Origin: a virus
Lineage: Duplodnaviria > Caudoviricetes
Reading direction: 5' to 3' (one strand)
Virus record (IMG/VR): IMGVR_UViG_3300027985_001029
Coordinates: 1 to 31,225 of that record
Length of the DNA: 31,225 nucleotides
Shown: in pieces, positions 1 through 7,498 of the stretch
How the letters are laid out: every line of letters begins with the position of its first letter
Position numbering within the stretch: position 1 is the first letter of the stretch
Position numbers and translations under genes: made by a program
Notes under the pieces: model-generated
Database searches by the model: none
The model's input: the letters and a program-made list of their open reading frames with translations, nothing else
What the model was told of the DNA's origin: nothing

Positions 1-58
1 GCATACTAATTTAAAGCAATTTTTTTTAAATTATTTGATAAACAATAAAGGGAGGGGC
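1..58 (+). repeat. Terminal direct repeat, left copy (circular overlap)
   Basis: GCATACTAAT...GGGAGGGGC is identical to 31168-31225. Confidence 0.97.
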
Positions 59-122
59 GGGTTAAAATGTTATTCGTAAAAAAATTACCAAACCACAGCC
101 CCCTAAAATTTTTCCTCACGGA
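50..122 (+). other. Putative cos packaging site
   Basis: GGGAGGGGCGGGTTAAAA...AACCACAGCCCCCT...TTTTTCCTCACG resembles the G-tract / ACC-C-tract / T-tract layout seen at 3'-cos sites of HK97-like phages; lies near a gp74-like HNH gene and the contig break. Confidence 0.55.
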
Positions 123-173
123 AGTTTTTGAAACAAAACCAAATGGATGAATGATTAATTTAAAGTGAATATT

Positions 174-181
174 TACTTTTG
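174..181 (+). promoter_or_regulatory. Bacteroidota -7 promoter element TACTTTTG
   Basis: Matches TAnnTTTG, 3 nt before ATG 185; no clear -33 TTTG. Confidence 0.4.
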
Positions 182-184
182 CAT

Positions 185-529
185 ATGTTAAATTATCCAA
201 CCAAAGAGCATATAAAGTACTACTTTTCTGAGAGAGACAAAGTTTTACAGCAAAAATTTTACAAAGCGGTTTTATTTCAAATTTTCAGCCAGTATTTTGA
301 TTTGGTAATGAGGAAATATGATATTTTTCCAGGCATTCAATATTATGATGATTTAAAGCAAGATTTACAAATTCATGCTTATAATAATTTAAGCAAAATT
401 GGAAATGCAAACGACAGCAATGCTTTTCTAATAACAATAAGTAAGAACGTTATTATTAATTTTTTATCAATCAATGCCAAACGACAAATTTTACCAATCG
501 AAAGCATGGAGGAATTTGAGGGCTTATAA
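185..529 (+). CDS. Sigma-70 region-2-only protein (minimal sigma-like factor), 114 aa
   Basis: DDLKQDLQIHAYNNLSKI...NAFLITISKNVIINFL fits the region 2.2-2.4 pattern; no region 4; ATG 185 preferred to TTG 179. Confidence 0.6.
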   Translation: MLNYPTKEHIKYYFSERDKVLQQKFYKAVLFQIFSQYFDLVMRKYDIFPGIQYYDDLKQDLQIHAYNNLSKIGNANDSNAFLITISKNVIINFLSINAKRQILPIESMEEFEGL

Positions 530-737
530 ATTAAGCCTAAACCCATTATGTGAAAATGAAAATTGTAAAAATGTCGCCACTGAAGTGCATCATATAAAGG
601 AAAGGAAAGATTTTCCAGAATTACAACTGGAAATTAATAACCTACAGTCACTTTGTAAACCATGTCACAGCACTCATACTGCAGGGCAAATGAATAAAAA
701 AAAAGGTTGGAAGCCGTATAAATTAAAATATGAATGA
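474..737 (+). CDS. HNH endonuclease, HK97 gp74-like terminase cofactor
   Basis: FYQSKAWRNLR...PLCE...ATEVHHI...NLQSLCKPCHSTHT. Confidence 0.9.
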   Translation: MPNDKFYQSKAWRNLRAYKLSLNPLCENENCKNVATEVHHIKERKDFPELQLEINNLQSLCKPCHSTHTAGQMNKKKGWKPYKLKYE

Positions 738-1527
738 GATGCAGGAATTAACTATTATTTTGCAAATTATTGGAGCTCTTGGAGGTCCTACTGCTTTGAT
801 TGCAGTTGCCTTAATTCAGGCAAGAAGTAAACGACTCGAAAAAAGTTATGAGGAAAAAATGAAGCAAAGAGATGCGGACCAGCTCATAACTATAAAAAAT
901 GAATTTGCGAGTTTTGAGAAAAAGCAAAATACTCGAAATGATATCATGCTCGATAGAATTGAAAATACTGAAAAATTAATTGAGGAAGTTCGTGATATCG
1001 CTTTGGATAGTCAAAAAAAAATGCATTCTCACGAAAGTGAAGACGTAAATAAAAACTTACTTATTTCGACTATTCAAAGAAAGGCTAACCAGATTGTAAA
1101 CAATTCATTGCATCACAATTCATATGACATATTTAAAAGCGCTCTGCTAAAATGGTCTGATGAAATTAAGGAATATGCCTTGTTTTTTTATAAAAATGAA
1201 AACAGGCATAAGGATAAGGATACTTTCTCGGAGGAATTGCGAGGTAATATTCAAAAACATATTAATATTTTAAATAATTTTCTTGACGCCAATTTTCTTG
1301 AATATAAAATGTTGGGTGACAAAAGAGTGAGATTTTCAGTTTTTTTGGAAGAAAATAAAGTTCATAGACGAACATATGCATTAACTGAAAGACTTATTGA
1401 TAATAACCTGGACAATGAAAATTTAAGAATATTATTTTCTAAATATATCAACGATTTTTTCAAACTATTTTTAAGTGCAATGGATGCATGGCACTTACTT
1501 GATAATTATAGTAATAAGGTTGCATGA
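730..1527 (+). CDS. Membrane-anchored coiled-coil protein (holin-like or accessory, unknown)
   Basis: N-terminal hydrophobic helix IILQIIGALGGPTALIAVALI then a charged coiled coil; overlaps both neighbours. Confidence 0.55.
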   Translation: MNEMQELTIILQIIGALGGPTALIAVALIQARSKRLEKSYEEKMKQRDADQLITIKNEFASFEKKQNTRNDIMLDRIENTEKLIEEVRDIALDSQKKMHSHESEDVNKNLLISTIQRKANQIVNNSLHHNSYDIFKSALLKWSDEIKEYALFFYKNENRHKDKDTFSEELRGNIQKHINILNNFLDANFLEYKMLGDKRVRFSVFLEENKVHRRTYALTERLIDNNLDNENLRILFSKYINDFFKLFLSAMDAWHLLDNYSNKVA

Positions 1528-1895
1528 TTTCTGATATTCCAAAGATAGAATTTAATAATAACACTGTTGAAATTACAGGGCGTGCGATTCCTGAGTTTGC
1601 TGCAATGGCTTGGAATCCTATACTCAATGAGATAAGGAAATTTATAAATTTATTGACTCATAAAAAGCTAAAGGATAGGTTTATAATCATTGATTTCAAA
1701 CTAGATTATTTTAACTCTGCATCTAATCCAGCCATTAATAAATTGTTTGACATGCTAACTGAGAATGCTCACAGGTGCAAACCAACTGTAAATTGGTTTT
1801 ATTTCGAAGCCGATGAAAAAACAATGGAAAACGGTGAAATTTACAAAGAAAGAAATACAAAAGTGACAATAAATCTTGTCATAAGGGATGATTAA
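1524..1895 (+). CDS. SiaC / DUF1987 family regulatory phosphoprotein
   Basis: PKIEF...ITGRAIPE...IDFKLDYFNSAS...VNWFYFEADE...GE matches family motifs G(R/E)S(I/Y)PEN, F.L.YFNTSS, V.W.Y...DEDM.E.GE. Confidence 0.8.
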   Translation: MISDIPKIEFNNNTVEITGRAIPEFAAMAWNPILNEIRKFINLLTHKKLKDRFIIIDFKLDYFNSASNPAINKLFDMLTENAHRCKPTVNWFYFEADEKTMENGEIYKERNTKVTINLVIRDD

Positions 1896-1898
1896 TTG

Positions 1899-1918
1899 CA
1901 CGCGAAATACACGCGAAA
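1899..1918 (+). promoter_or_regulatory. Integrase arm-type sites, left pair
   Basis: Tandem CACGCGAAA / TACACGCGAAA; the same pair recurs at 2140-2160 across the att core. Confidence 0.75.
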
Positions 1919-1923
1919 GAAAT

Positions 1924-1962
1924 AAAAAAGGAGGTTTCAAATTTACTGAAACCTCCTTTTTT
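1924..1962. terminator. Bidirectional intrinsic terminator
   Basis: AAAAAAGGAGGTTTCA-7 nt-TGAAACCTCCTTTTTT perfect inverted repeat; ends the SiaC operon (+) and would follow the restored tRNA (-). Confidence 0.9.
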
Positions 1963-1967
1963 ACTAT

Positions 1968-2017
1968 GTCGGGGTGAGAAGACTCGAACTTCCGACCCCT
2001 TGCACCCCATGCAAGTG
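1968..2017 (-). other. attP core: 3' portion of tRNA-Pro(GGG)
   Basis: Minus strand CACTTGC-ATGGGGT-GCAAG-GGGTC-GGAAG-TTCGAGT-CTTCT-CACCCCG-A: anticodon arm, T arm and 3' acceptor strand; 5' acceptor and D arm absent. Confidence 0.92.
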
Positions 2018-2096
2018 TTTTTATTTTTGCTAAAATAACTTAAAATCACTGTATTTGCTAGTATTACTAATATTTAGGAAAAATATTCTAAAAATA

Positions 2097-2160
2097 TTTA
2101 CGTGTATTTACGTTATATTTTGTATGTTTATGTAATTTTTACACGCGAAATACACGCGAA
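2097..2160. promoter_or_regulatory. Integrase arm-type sites, right side
   Basis: TACACGCGAAA-TACACGCGAA at 2140-2160; inverted degenerate copies TTTACGTGTA and TTTACGTTAT at 2097-2116. Confidence 0.7.
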
Positions 2161-2161
2161 T

Positions 2162-3328
2162 ATGACTACACTAAAACCAGTTATAAGGCTTGGAGAAAAG
2201 AATTCTCAGGACAAATTTAATATAAAAATCAGAGTTGGACATCAAGCTAAGACTAGATATATATCAACTGATTTTTGGCTTTTTAAAGACCAGTTTATCA
2301 ATAAAAAGGGAATTGTTAATATCAAAACTCACCCTAATGCAGCTTATCTTAATATTGAACTTTCAAACATTATAATTTCGTATGAGCGAAAAATGCTTGA
2401 TATTGACCCAGATATAAATATCAATGATTTGGTTAAATTATTGAAGGGACCTGACAAAAGCAAGGAACCTGATTTTTTTGTCTATGTAAATGAATTGATT
2501 AAAAAGTTACGAAGCATTAATAAAAAAACATCTGCAGACTTGTATTATTTTACGTTGGTTACTATTAAGAAATTTACCGGTTCTGATTCGCTTTTATTTA
2601 AAAATATTGACTATAAATGGTTGTCTGATTTTGAGCATTATTTGCGACTGGGAGGGTTGAAAACAAATAGTATAAGTGTTTATCTTAGAAATATCAGAAC
2701 TGCTTTCAATAAGGCCATAAACGATGAAATAATCGGATTAGAATTGTATCCTTTCAGGAGGTTTAAAATTAAAAGCGAAAAAACAAGGAAACGTAATTTG
2801 TTAATTAACCAAATTAGTACTTTAAAATTGGTGAAACTTGATAATAATGAGGAATATGCCAGAGACATATTTATGCTATCGTTTTATTTGATTGGAATTA
2901 ATCCGATTGATTTATACGACTTAAATAAAACTGATATAGTAAATAAGCGACTGGTTTACAGGCGTGCTAAAACAAATCGTATTTATGATATTGCTTTATT
3001 GCCTGAGGCTTTAAAAATTATTAATAAATATCCAGGCCAAAACAAACTTCTTAAATGCGCTGATATCTATTCAGATGTGTATAATTTCAGGAAAAGTACA
3101 AACAAATTTTTAAAACGAATTGCTGCTAATTTGGACCTTGATACAAAAATAACCCTGTATTATGCCCGCCACAGTTGGGCGACAATTGCCGGCAAACTAG
3201 ATATACCCAAAGACACTATTTCGCATGCCCTGGGACATGGCAACGACACCGTGACTGATGTTTATATTGATTTTGACCTTGATAAAGTGGACCAGGCAAA
3301 TAGGAAGGTTCGTGATGCCATTAAATAA
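2162..3328 (+). CDS. int: Tyrosine integrase, Bacteroidota type
   Basis: Arm-binding N-terminus (IKIRVGHQAKTRYIST), SAM-like domain, motifs GINPIDL, RAKT, YYARHSWAT, LGH, TDVY; ATG 2162 preferred since the 2102 extension crosses the arm sites. Confidence 0.95.
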   Translation: MTTLKPVIRLGEKNSQDKFNIKIRVGHQAKTRYISTDFWLFKDQFINKKGIVNIKTHPNAAYLNIELSNIIISYERKMLDIDPDININDLVKLLKGPDKSKEPDFFVYVNELIKKLRSINKKTSADLYYFTLVTIKKFTGSDSLLFKNIDYKWLSDFEHYLRLGGLKTNSISVYLRNIRTAFNKAINDEIIGLELYPFRRFKIKSEKTRKRNLLINQISTLKLVKLDNNEEYARDIFMLSFYLIGINPIDLYDLNKTDIVNKRLVYRRAKTNRIYDIALLPEALKIINKYPGQNKLLKCADIYSDVYNFRKSTNKFLKRIAANLDLDTKITLYYARHSWATIAGKLDIPKDTISHALGHGNDTVTDVYIDFDLDKVDQANRKVRDAIK

Positions 3329-3539
3329 CATCATATTCCTTAGCCATTTTCATGCATTCATCCAATCCTATTTTGTCATTGTGCCAAACTATATTTTTGT
3401 TTTTATCTACAATTAGTACTGCAGTGAAATTGCCTTTTTTCTCTTTTTCTTTGAGTAATGAAAATGCAGCCTCAAAAGTATCGCAATCATGGGTACCTTT
3501 TCCTCCAGGACTACTGTAAAATAATGTGAAATCCTGCAT
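3321..3539 (-). CDS. Small hypothetical protein, immunity operon
   Basis: 72 aa, start coupled to the upstream lipoprotein stop. Confidence 0.7.
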   Translation of the reverse strand: MQDFTLFYSSPGGKGTHDCDTFEAAFSLLKEKEKKGNFTAVLIVDKNKNIVWHNDKIGLDECMKMAKEYDVI

Positions 3540-4264
3540 TATAATTCTGAATCTTTTTTTGTTTCCATTGTATAATACGTGTATTCATCATCATTTTTAA
3601 ACCATTTATAATTTACTCTTTTAAATCTCAATTGAGTAAGTATTTCATTTAACGAATTTTGCATTTCTTGCTTGTTTTTATTATTTGCAAAAATACCTCC
3701 AATAAATTCTAAGGTAGTATAACCAATTCCCTTAGCATTAACAGTAATGTTATTTTCCCAAAGTTTTTTACTTACAACATCTCCATAATTTTTTCTCATT
3801 TTTGGATATTCAATTTTTTGCAAATTGACAAGTTTTGTTTTAAGTGTTTTTGTTAATTTAACTATTTCCGGATCTTTATTTGATTCGTTATCAGTTATTA
3901 ATTTTGCCCAAGTTGTAAATAACATTGCTTCAACCTGGATTACGCTAATTTCGTTTCTATATATTTTGCCATCAAAATTGCTTATTCCTTCAATTTCTTT
4001 GGTTAATTGTTCTTTTAAATTATTAATTTCTTCCTTTTGTTTTTCTTCTTTTGTTATAGTAATCAGACTATCAATTTCGGCTATTTTTGATTGCGCCTTA
4101 TTATAAGTTGAATCAGAATTTTTTACCCTTTTTAAATAAACCAAAGCCTGCTCATAATTTTTATTATTCAATTCGTTTATTCCATTTTCATAATCTGATG
4201 AACAGGATATAAAGAAAATAATAATAGCAAAAACTGTTATTAAAGAATAGAATAGTTGTTTCAT
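3539..4264 (-). CDS. Lipoprotein, candidate superinfection exclusion / lysogenic conversion
   Basis: MKQLFYSLITVFAIIIFFISC lipobox-type signal, TPR-like helices; co-oriented with repressor; function inferred from position. Confidence 0.7.
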   Translation of the reverse strand: MKQLFYSLITVFAIIIFFISCSSDYENGINELNNKNYEQALVYLKRVKNSDSTYNKAQSKIAEIDSLITITKEEKQKEEINNLKEQLTKEIEGISNFDGKIYRNEISVIQVEAMLFTTWAKLITDNESNKDPEIVKLTKTLKTKLVNLQKIEYPKMRKNYGDVVSKKLWENNITVNAKGIGYTTLEFIGGIFANNKNKQEMQNSLNEILTQLRFKRVNYKWFKNDDEYTYYTMETKKDSEL

Positions 4265-4275
4265 GATTGGAAGTT

Positions 4276-4635
4276 TTAATTATTAAGTTTTAATTTTAGT
4301 AATTGTATTTGGTCAATTAGTGAGTTTATTATGGTATCTTTCCTTTCAATTTCTTTTTGAAGACTTGTAATATTATCTTCTCCATATTTTGCATGAGGTT
4401 CATTAGCAATAGAATAATCTCTCTGATATTCCATATACATATTTCCAATGCCAAGAATTAGCCAGTTCAGATTAATATTATATCTTGTACCGAGAAATTC
4501 GATAATCTCAAAAGGTATTTGTTTTTTTTCATTTTCTATATCACTAATACCCTGTTGATTAGTATTCAATATTATAGCAAAGTCTTCTTGCTTATATTTT
4601 AACGTTTTTCTTATTATTTTAAATCTCTCATTCAC
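4276..4635 (-). CDS. XRE-family HTH repressor (CI-like, no S24 peptidase domain)
   Basis: ERFKIIRKTLKYKQEDFA...QQGISDIENEK...INLNWLILGIGNM; C-terminal coiled coil; divergent from cro-like gene. Confidence 0.88.
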   Translation of the reverse strand: MNERFKIIRKTLKYKQEDFAIILNTNQQGISDIENEKKQIPFEIIEFLGTRYNINLNWLILGIGNMYMEYQRDYSIANEPHAKYGEDNITSLQKEIERKDTIINSLIDQIQLLKLKLNN

Positions 4636-4664
4636 AGCAATTTATAATTTAATCAATAATTAAA

Positions 4665-4700
4665 TACCGAAATAATTTGTTTGTACCGAAATAATTTGTA
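4665..4700. promoter_or_regulatory. Two operator-like repeats TACCGAAATAATTTGT
   Basis: Exact 16-bp copies at 4665-4680 and 4684-4699 in the divergent intergenic gap. Confidence 0.8.
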
Positions 4701-4706
4701 TTTTTG
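4676..4706 (+). promoter_or_regulatory. Rightward early promoter, Bacteroidota consensus
   Basis: TTTG (4676-4679) - 19 nt - TATTTTTG (4699-4706). Confidence 0.75.
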
Positions 4707-4726
4707 ATGAATAAAAATTACTTATT

Positions 4727-4915
4727 ATGTCAATTTATAATGATTATCACAGTTTGGGAAAGCATGAAAAAAAGGCCTTTCAAAATGAAATTCTTGAAAA
4801 GCTGGATATAAAAATTTATACTTTCTGGAATTGGATAATGCGCGATACTGTTCCTAAAAAATATCAGGAACGTTATGATAAAATACTGAAAGACAGTAAT
4901 TTTCATAAAAAATAA
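4727..4915 (+). CDS. Cro-like small HTH protein
   Basis: 62 aa, ILEKLDIKIYTFWNWIMRDTVP HTH-like; first gene of the rightward operon. Confidence 0.65.
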   Translation: MSIYNDYHSLGKHEKKAFQNEILEKLDIKIYTFWNWIMRDTVPKKYQERYDKILKDSNFHKK

Positions 4916-5025
4916 TTAAAAATGCCTGCCTAGTAAGTTTTAGCGGACTCGTATAGGCAAGCACTAAAGTTAAACAAGGATTATAGGCTTAATGCCCATA
5001 AACCGCTATTTAATTCTACAAAGTT

Positions 5026-5370
5026 ATGGCAAATGTCAGACAAAAACAAGGGGTGACACAAATTTTTAGCGAGAATGATTCCAAAGCGTATAAATCTCTC
5101 ACTCAGCAATTAAAAAAAGAACTCAAGGATTTATTTTTAGAAGAATCATTATTAAAAGTTAATGAACGGACTCTTATCCGATGGTTCAACTATCCCTTAT
5201 CAGCTCCTAAAAAACATCACGAAAAAATGCACGACTGCCTTATTCGGATAGTAAAAAGACAGGTGAAATTGATTGAGCTTGATATAGCCACTTTTAAAAC
5301 CAGCATTAAAGCCTCTGAATCAAAGAAAAAAGCTTTAAACGAATTTCTTAAACTTAACAATGTAGCCTAA
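5026..5370 (+). CDS. Putative HTH DNA-binding protein
   Basis: LKVNERTLIRWFNYP HTH-like segment plus C-terminal coiled coil. Confidence 0.5.
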   Translation: MANVRQKQGVTQIFSENDSKAYKSLTQQLKKELKDLFLEESLLKVNERTLIRWFNYPLSAPKKHHEKMHDCLIRIVKRQVKLIELDIATFKTSIKASESKKKALNEFLKLNNVA

Positions 5371-5717
5371 TGAAAAAGATTCAAGTAATTCCATACGACA
5401 GGCGTACAGAGGTTCGCATTGAAAAACATATTGATATCAGTGCCACTGATATACAGGACTATTTAAAAGAGCGCTTTATTAAGGCAAATATCACTACCAG
5501 TGAAAGCCCTCAATTATTTATTTATAAGATAAATACCCGTTTATTAAAAAAAGATGCGGTAAAACTTGCTATTAAACTACACGAAATTGCAGGGCTTGAC
5601 TATGAGGTTACACAAAGACAAAAACCTATGCCAAAGCCAAAAAAACAAGGTGGTAATCCAAATATTATAACCGGCTTTGAAGGGAATTTAATCACTGAAT
5701 TTAATTACCTGCACTAA
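5370..5717 (+). CDS. Hypothetical protein
   Basis: TAATG-coupled to both neighbours. Confidence 0.65.
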   Translation: MKKIQVIPYDRRTEVRIEKHIDISATDIQDYLKERFIKANITTSESPQLFIYKINTRLLKKDAVKLAIKLHEIAGLDYEVTQRQKPMPKPKKQGGNPNIITGFEGNLITEFNYLH

Positions 5718-6007
5718 TGGAACTATCATACAGCGAAATACAAAGCATGTTAAACCAGGCTGCATTGAACGGAGCCAAGCAGGCAATCATTGAATTGGGG
5801 CTGGTTAAATCAACTTACACACGTGCAGAAATTGAACGGTTATACGGGCGCTCCATTTTTTTGAGTTCTCGACAATATGTGAAATGGACCAAAAAAGGCG
5901 ACTATAAAACAAGTCCGGTGATTTGTCAGCGTGTGGAGTTTGATAACTGGATACGTAAACACAATGATGAATTAAAGATAAACAGGAGAAAAGGGGCTGA
6001 TTTATAG
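5717..6007 (+). CDS. Small DNA-binding protein, excisionase-like candidate
   Basis: YTRAEIERLYGRS...WTKKG winged-helix-like pattern; typical early position. Confidence 0.4.
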   Translation: MELSYSEIQSMLNQAALNGAKQAIIELGLVKSTYTRAEIERLYGRSIFLSSRQYVKWTKKGDYKTSPVICQRVEFDNWIRKHNDELKINRRKGADL

Positions 6008-6063
6008 CTAAGAACAGTAGGGGTACTTTCCATTAGTCCTTTTTCTCCTTTAAAAATGAAATT

Positions 6064-6390
6064 ATGAAAACTTGTAGTAGATGTGGATTTGTAGGCGACA
6101 GCTCTTTATTTATAAAAAACGGAAATATATGTAAAATTTGTAACAGAGGCTATATGAAACAATATTATGCAGAACAAAACAAAGCCGTTTCAACATACAA
6201 CTTTAATCTTGCCAAGCGAGATGCAGCACTTATCCCGCTAACACCATACGCCAAATTTATGAGCGTGCTGAATGGTTATGATTTATATCATAATCGTAAA
6301 AAAATAGATAAGTGGGAGGCCTGGTATATATGCAAAGATGCCGGTAAAATAATGGCAGGTTTAACCCGCATTCAATGTGTTAAGCGATGA
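6064..6390 (+). CDS. Zn-finger hypothetical protein
   Basis: MKTCSRCG...F...CKIC. Confidence 0.65.
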   Translation: MKTCSRCGFVGDSSLFIKNGNICKICNRGYMKQYYAEQNKAVSTYNFNLAKRDAALIPLTPYAKFMSVLNGYDLYHNRKKIDKWEAWYICKDAGKIMAGLTRIQCVKR

Positions 6391-6611
6391 GGTTACTCAG
6401 CGTTAACAGCCTGCGATTTATGGAGCAGGAAAACAAGCGAATTGAGGCTTATATACATGTACGTAACTCAATTAAGAGCTGTTTTAAACAAAGCCATTTG
6501 AAAGGAGCAAACAGAATGGTTTCAAATTACGAAAAACGCTATGGTAACGCAAACGACCTTAAAACGTTGGTAAGGATTACGGCTTTAAAGATTGGATTCA
6601 CTAAAAACTGA
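6387..6611 (+). CDS. Hypothetical protein
   Basis: ATGA overlap with upstream gene. Confidence 0.6.
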   Translation: MRLLSVNSLRFMEQENKRIEAYIHVRNSIKSCFKQSHLKGANRMVSNYEKRYGNANDLKTLVRITALKIGFTKN

Positions 6612-6615
6612 TTAT

Positions 6616-6828
6616 ATGTGTACTTGTAAAATTTGCGGAAAAGAAACCCGAAAAGGGCGACAAACATGCATTGGCTGCACGCATACTATTGAAGTGGCCA
6701 GTAAACAGGACAAGGCATCAAAAAGCAGTCAGCGCATTGCCCTTGACCATTTACAAAAAAACAGTGGTTTAGCCATCATTTCATTTTCATCATTCAAAAA
6801 GAAACGTACAGCACAGCATGAAGGTTGA
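6616..6828 (+). CDS. Small Cys-rich hypothetical protein
   Basis: CKICG...CIGC; ATG 6616. Confidence 0.5.
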   Translation: MCTCKICGKETRKGRQTCIGCTHTIEVASKQDKASKSSQRIALDHLQKNSGLAIISFSSFKKKRTAQHEG

Positions 6829-7057
6829 AAGCGAAATATTGATTGAATCTTTGATTGTTGACCGGTTACCTGTAAACAACGAAGTACTTCAACTGGTTTT
6901 TTTCCTGATGTCGGGGGGAATTGTTCCCCCGATACATGTGCAAAAAGTGAATGATGGATGGAGGGTAAGGGATGGACGGCACCGGGTAGCAGCTTATAAA
7001 CTGCTTGGATTAAAGACAATCAATGCAAAACATGCAGTAATAATTAATCAAAATTGA
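6818..7057 (+). CDS. Stand-alone ParB/Srx N-terminal-like domain protein
   Basis: VPPIHV...WRVRDGRHRVAAYKLLGLKTINA. Confidence 0.75.
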   Translation: MKVESEILIESLIVDRLPVNNEVLQLVFFLMSGGIVPPIHVQKVNDGWRVRDGRHRVAAYKLLGLKTINAKHAVIINQN

Positions 7058-7061
7058 ATAT

Positions 7062-7498
7062 ATGGTAGAAAATTTTGAATTTGAAAAGAGTGATTATTTC
7101 GAAATGGATGATAAATCCAGGCTGGAAAGTTTACGCAACCATTGTGAAAAACAAATACCTGGTTACACCTATTCGAAACCACTTACCCGAGCTGAAATAG
7201 AGCAAAAAACAACGAACTAAACCAGGCACTGCAGGAAATTGCACGGCTTAAAGAAGAAAGAAAAGAGCTGAATCAGTTGATTAAAGCGCAGACTGATATT
7301 GTGAATGAAAACAACGAGCAGGTTATTCAAAAGATAATACAGGTAACAGAACCGGTATTTGAAGTGGTAAACCTTGGCACTGGCTACCTCGAAAAAATAA
7401 ACACCGAGGGTTGTATTATTGAAAAAATCAGAATCAAAAGCGGCACCACAGTAAATTTATTTAATGTCGCTAAGAATAATGAAAAGGAGGCAATGTAA
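7062..7498 (+). pseudogene. Frameshifted phage protein (~145 aa if one A is added at the A6 run 7204-7209)
   Basis: ATG 7062 frame stops at 7220; the -1 frame is open from 7196 to 7498; joined product reads as one coherent coiled-coil protein. Confidence 0.7.

Noticed and set aside
1-58. 58-bp repeat as a biological terminal repeat
   Set aside because: An ORF runs through it and the terminase/HNH type suggests cos packaging; more simply an assembly overlap of a circle
1968-2017. Functional phage tRNA-Pro gene
   Set aside because: 5' acceptor strand and D arm are absent; context beside the integrase marks it as an att core
2102-2161. N-terminal extension of the integrase from GTG 2102
   Set aside because: Runs through arm-site repeats; ATG 2162 gives a typical start
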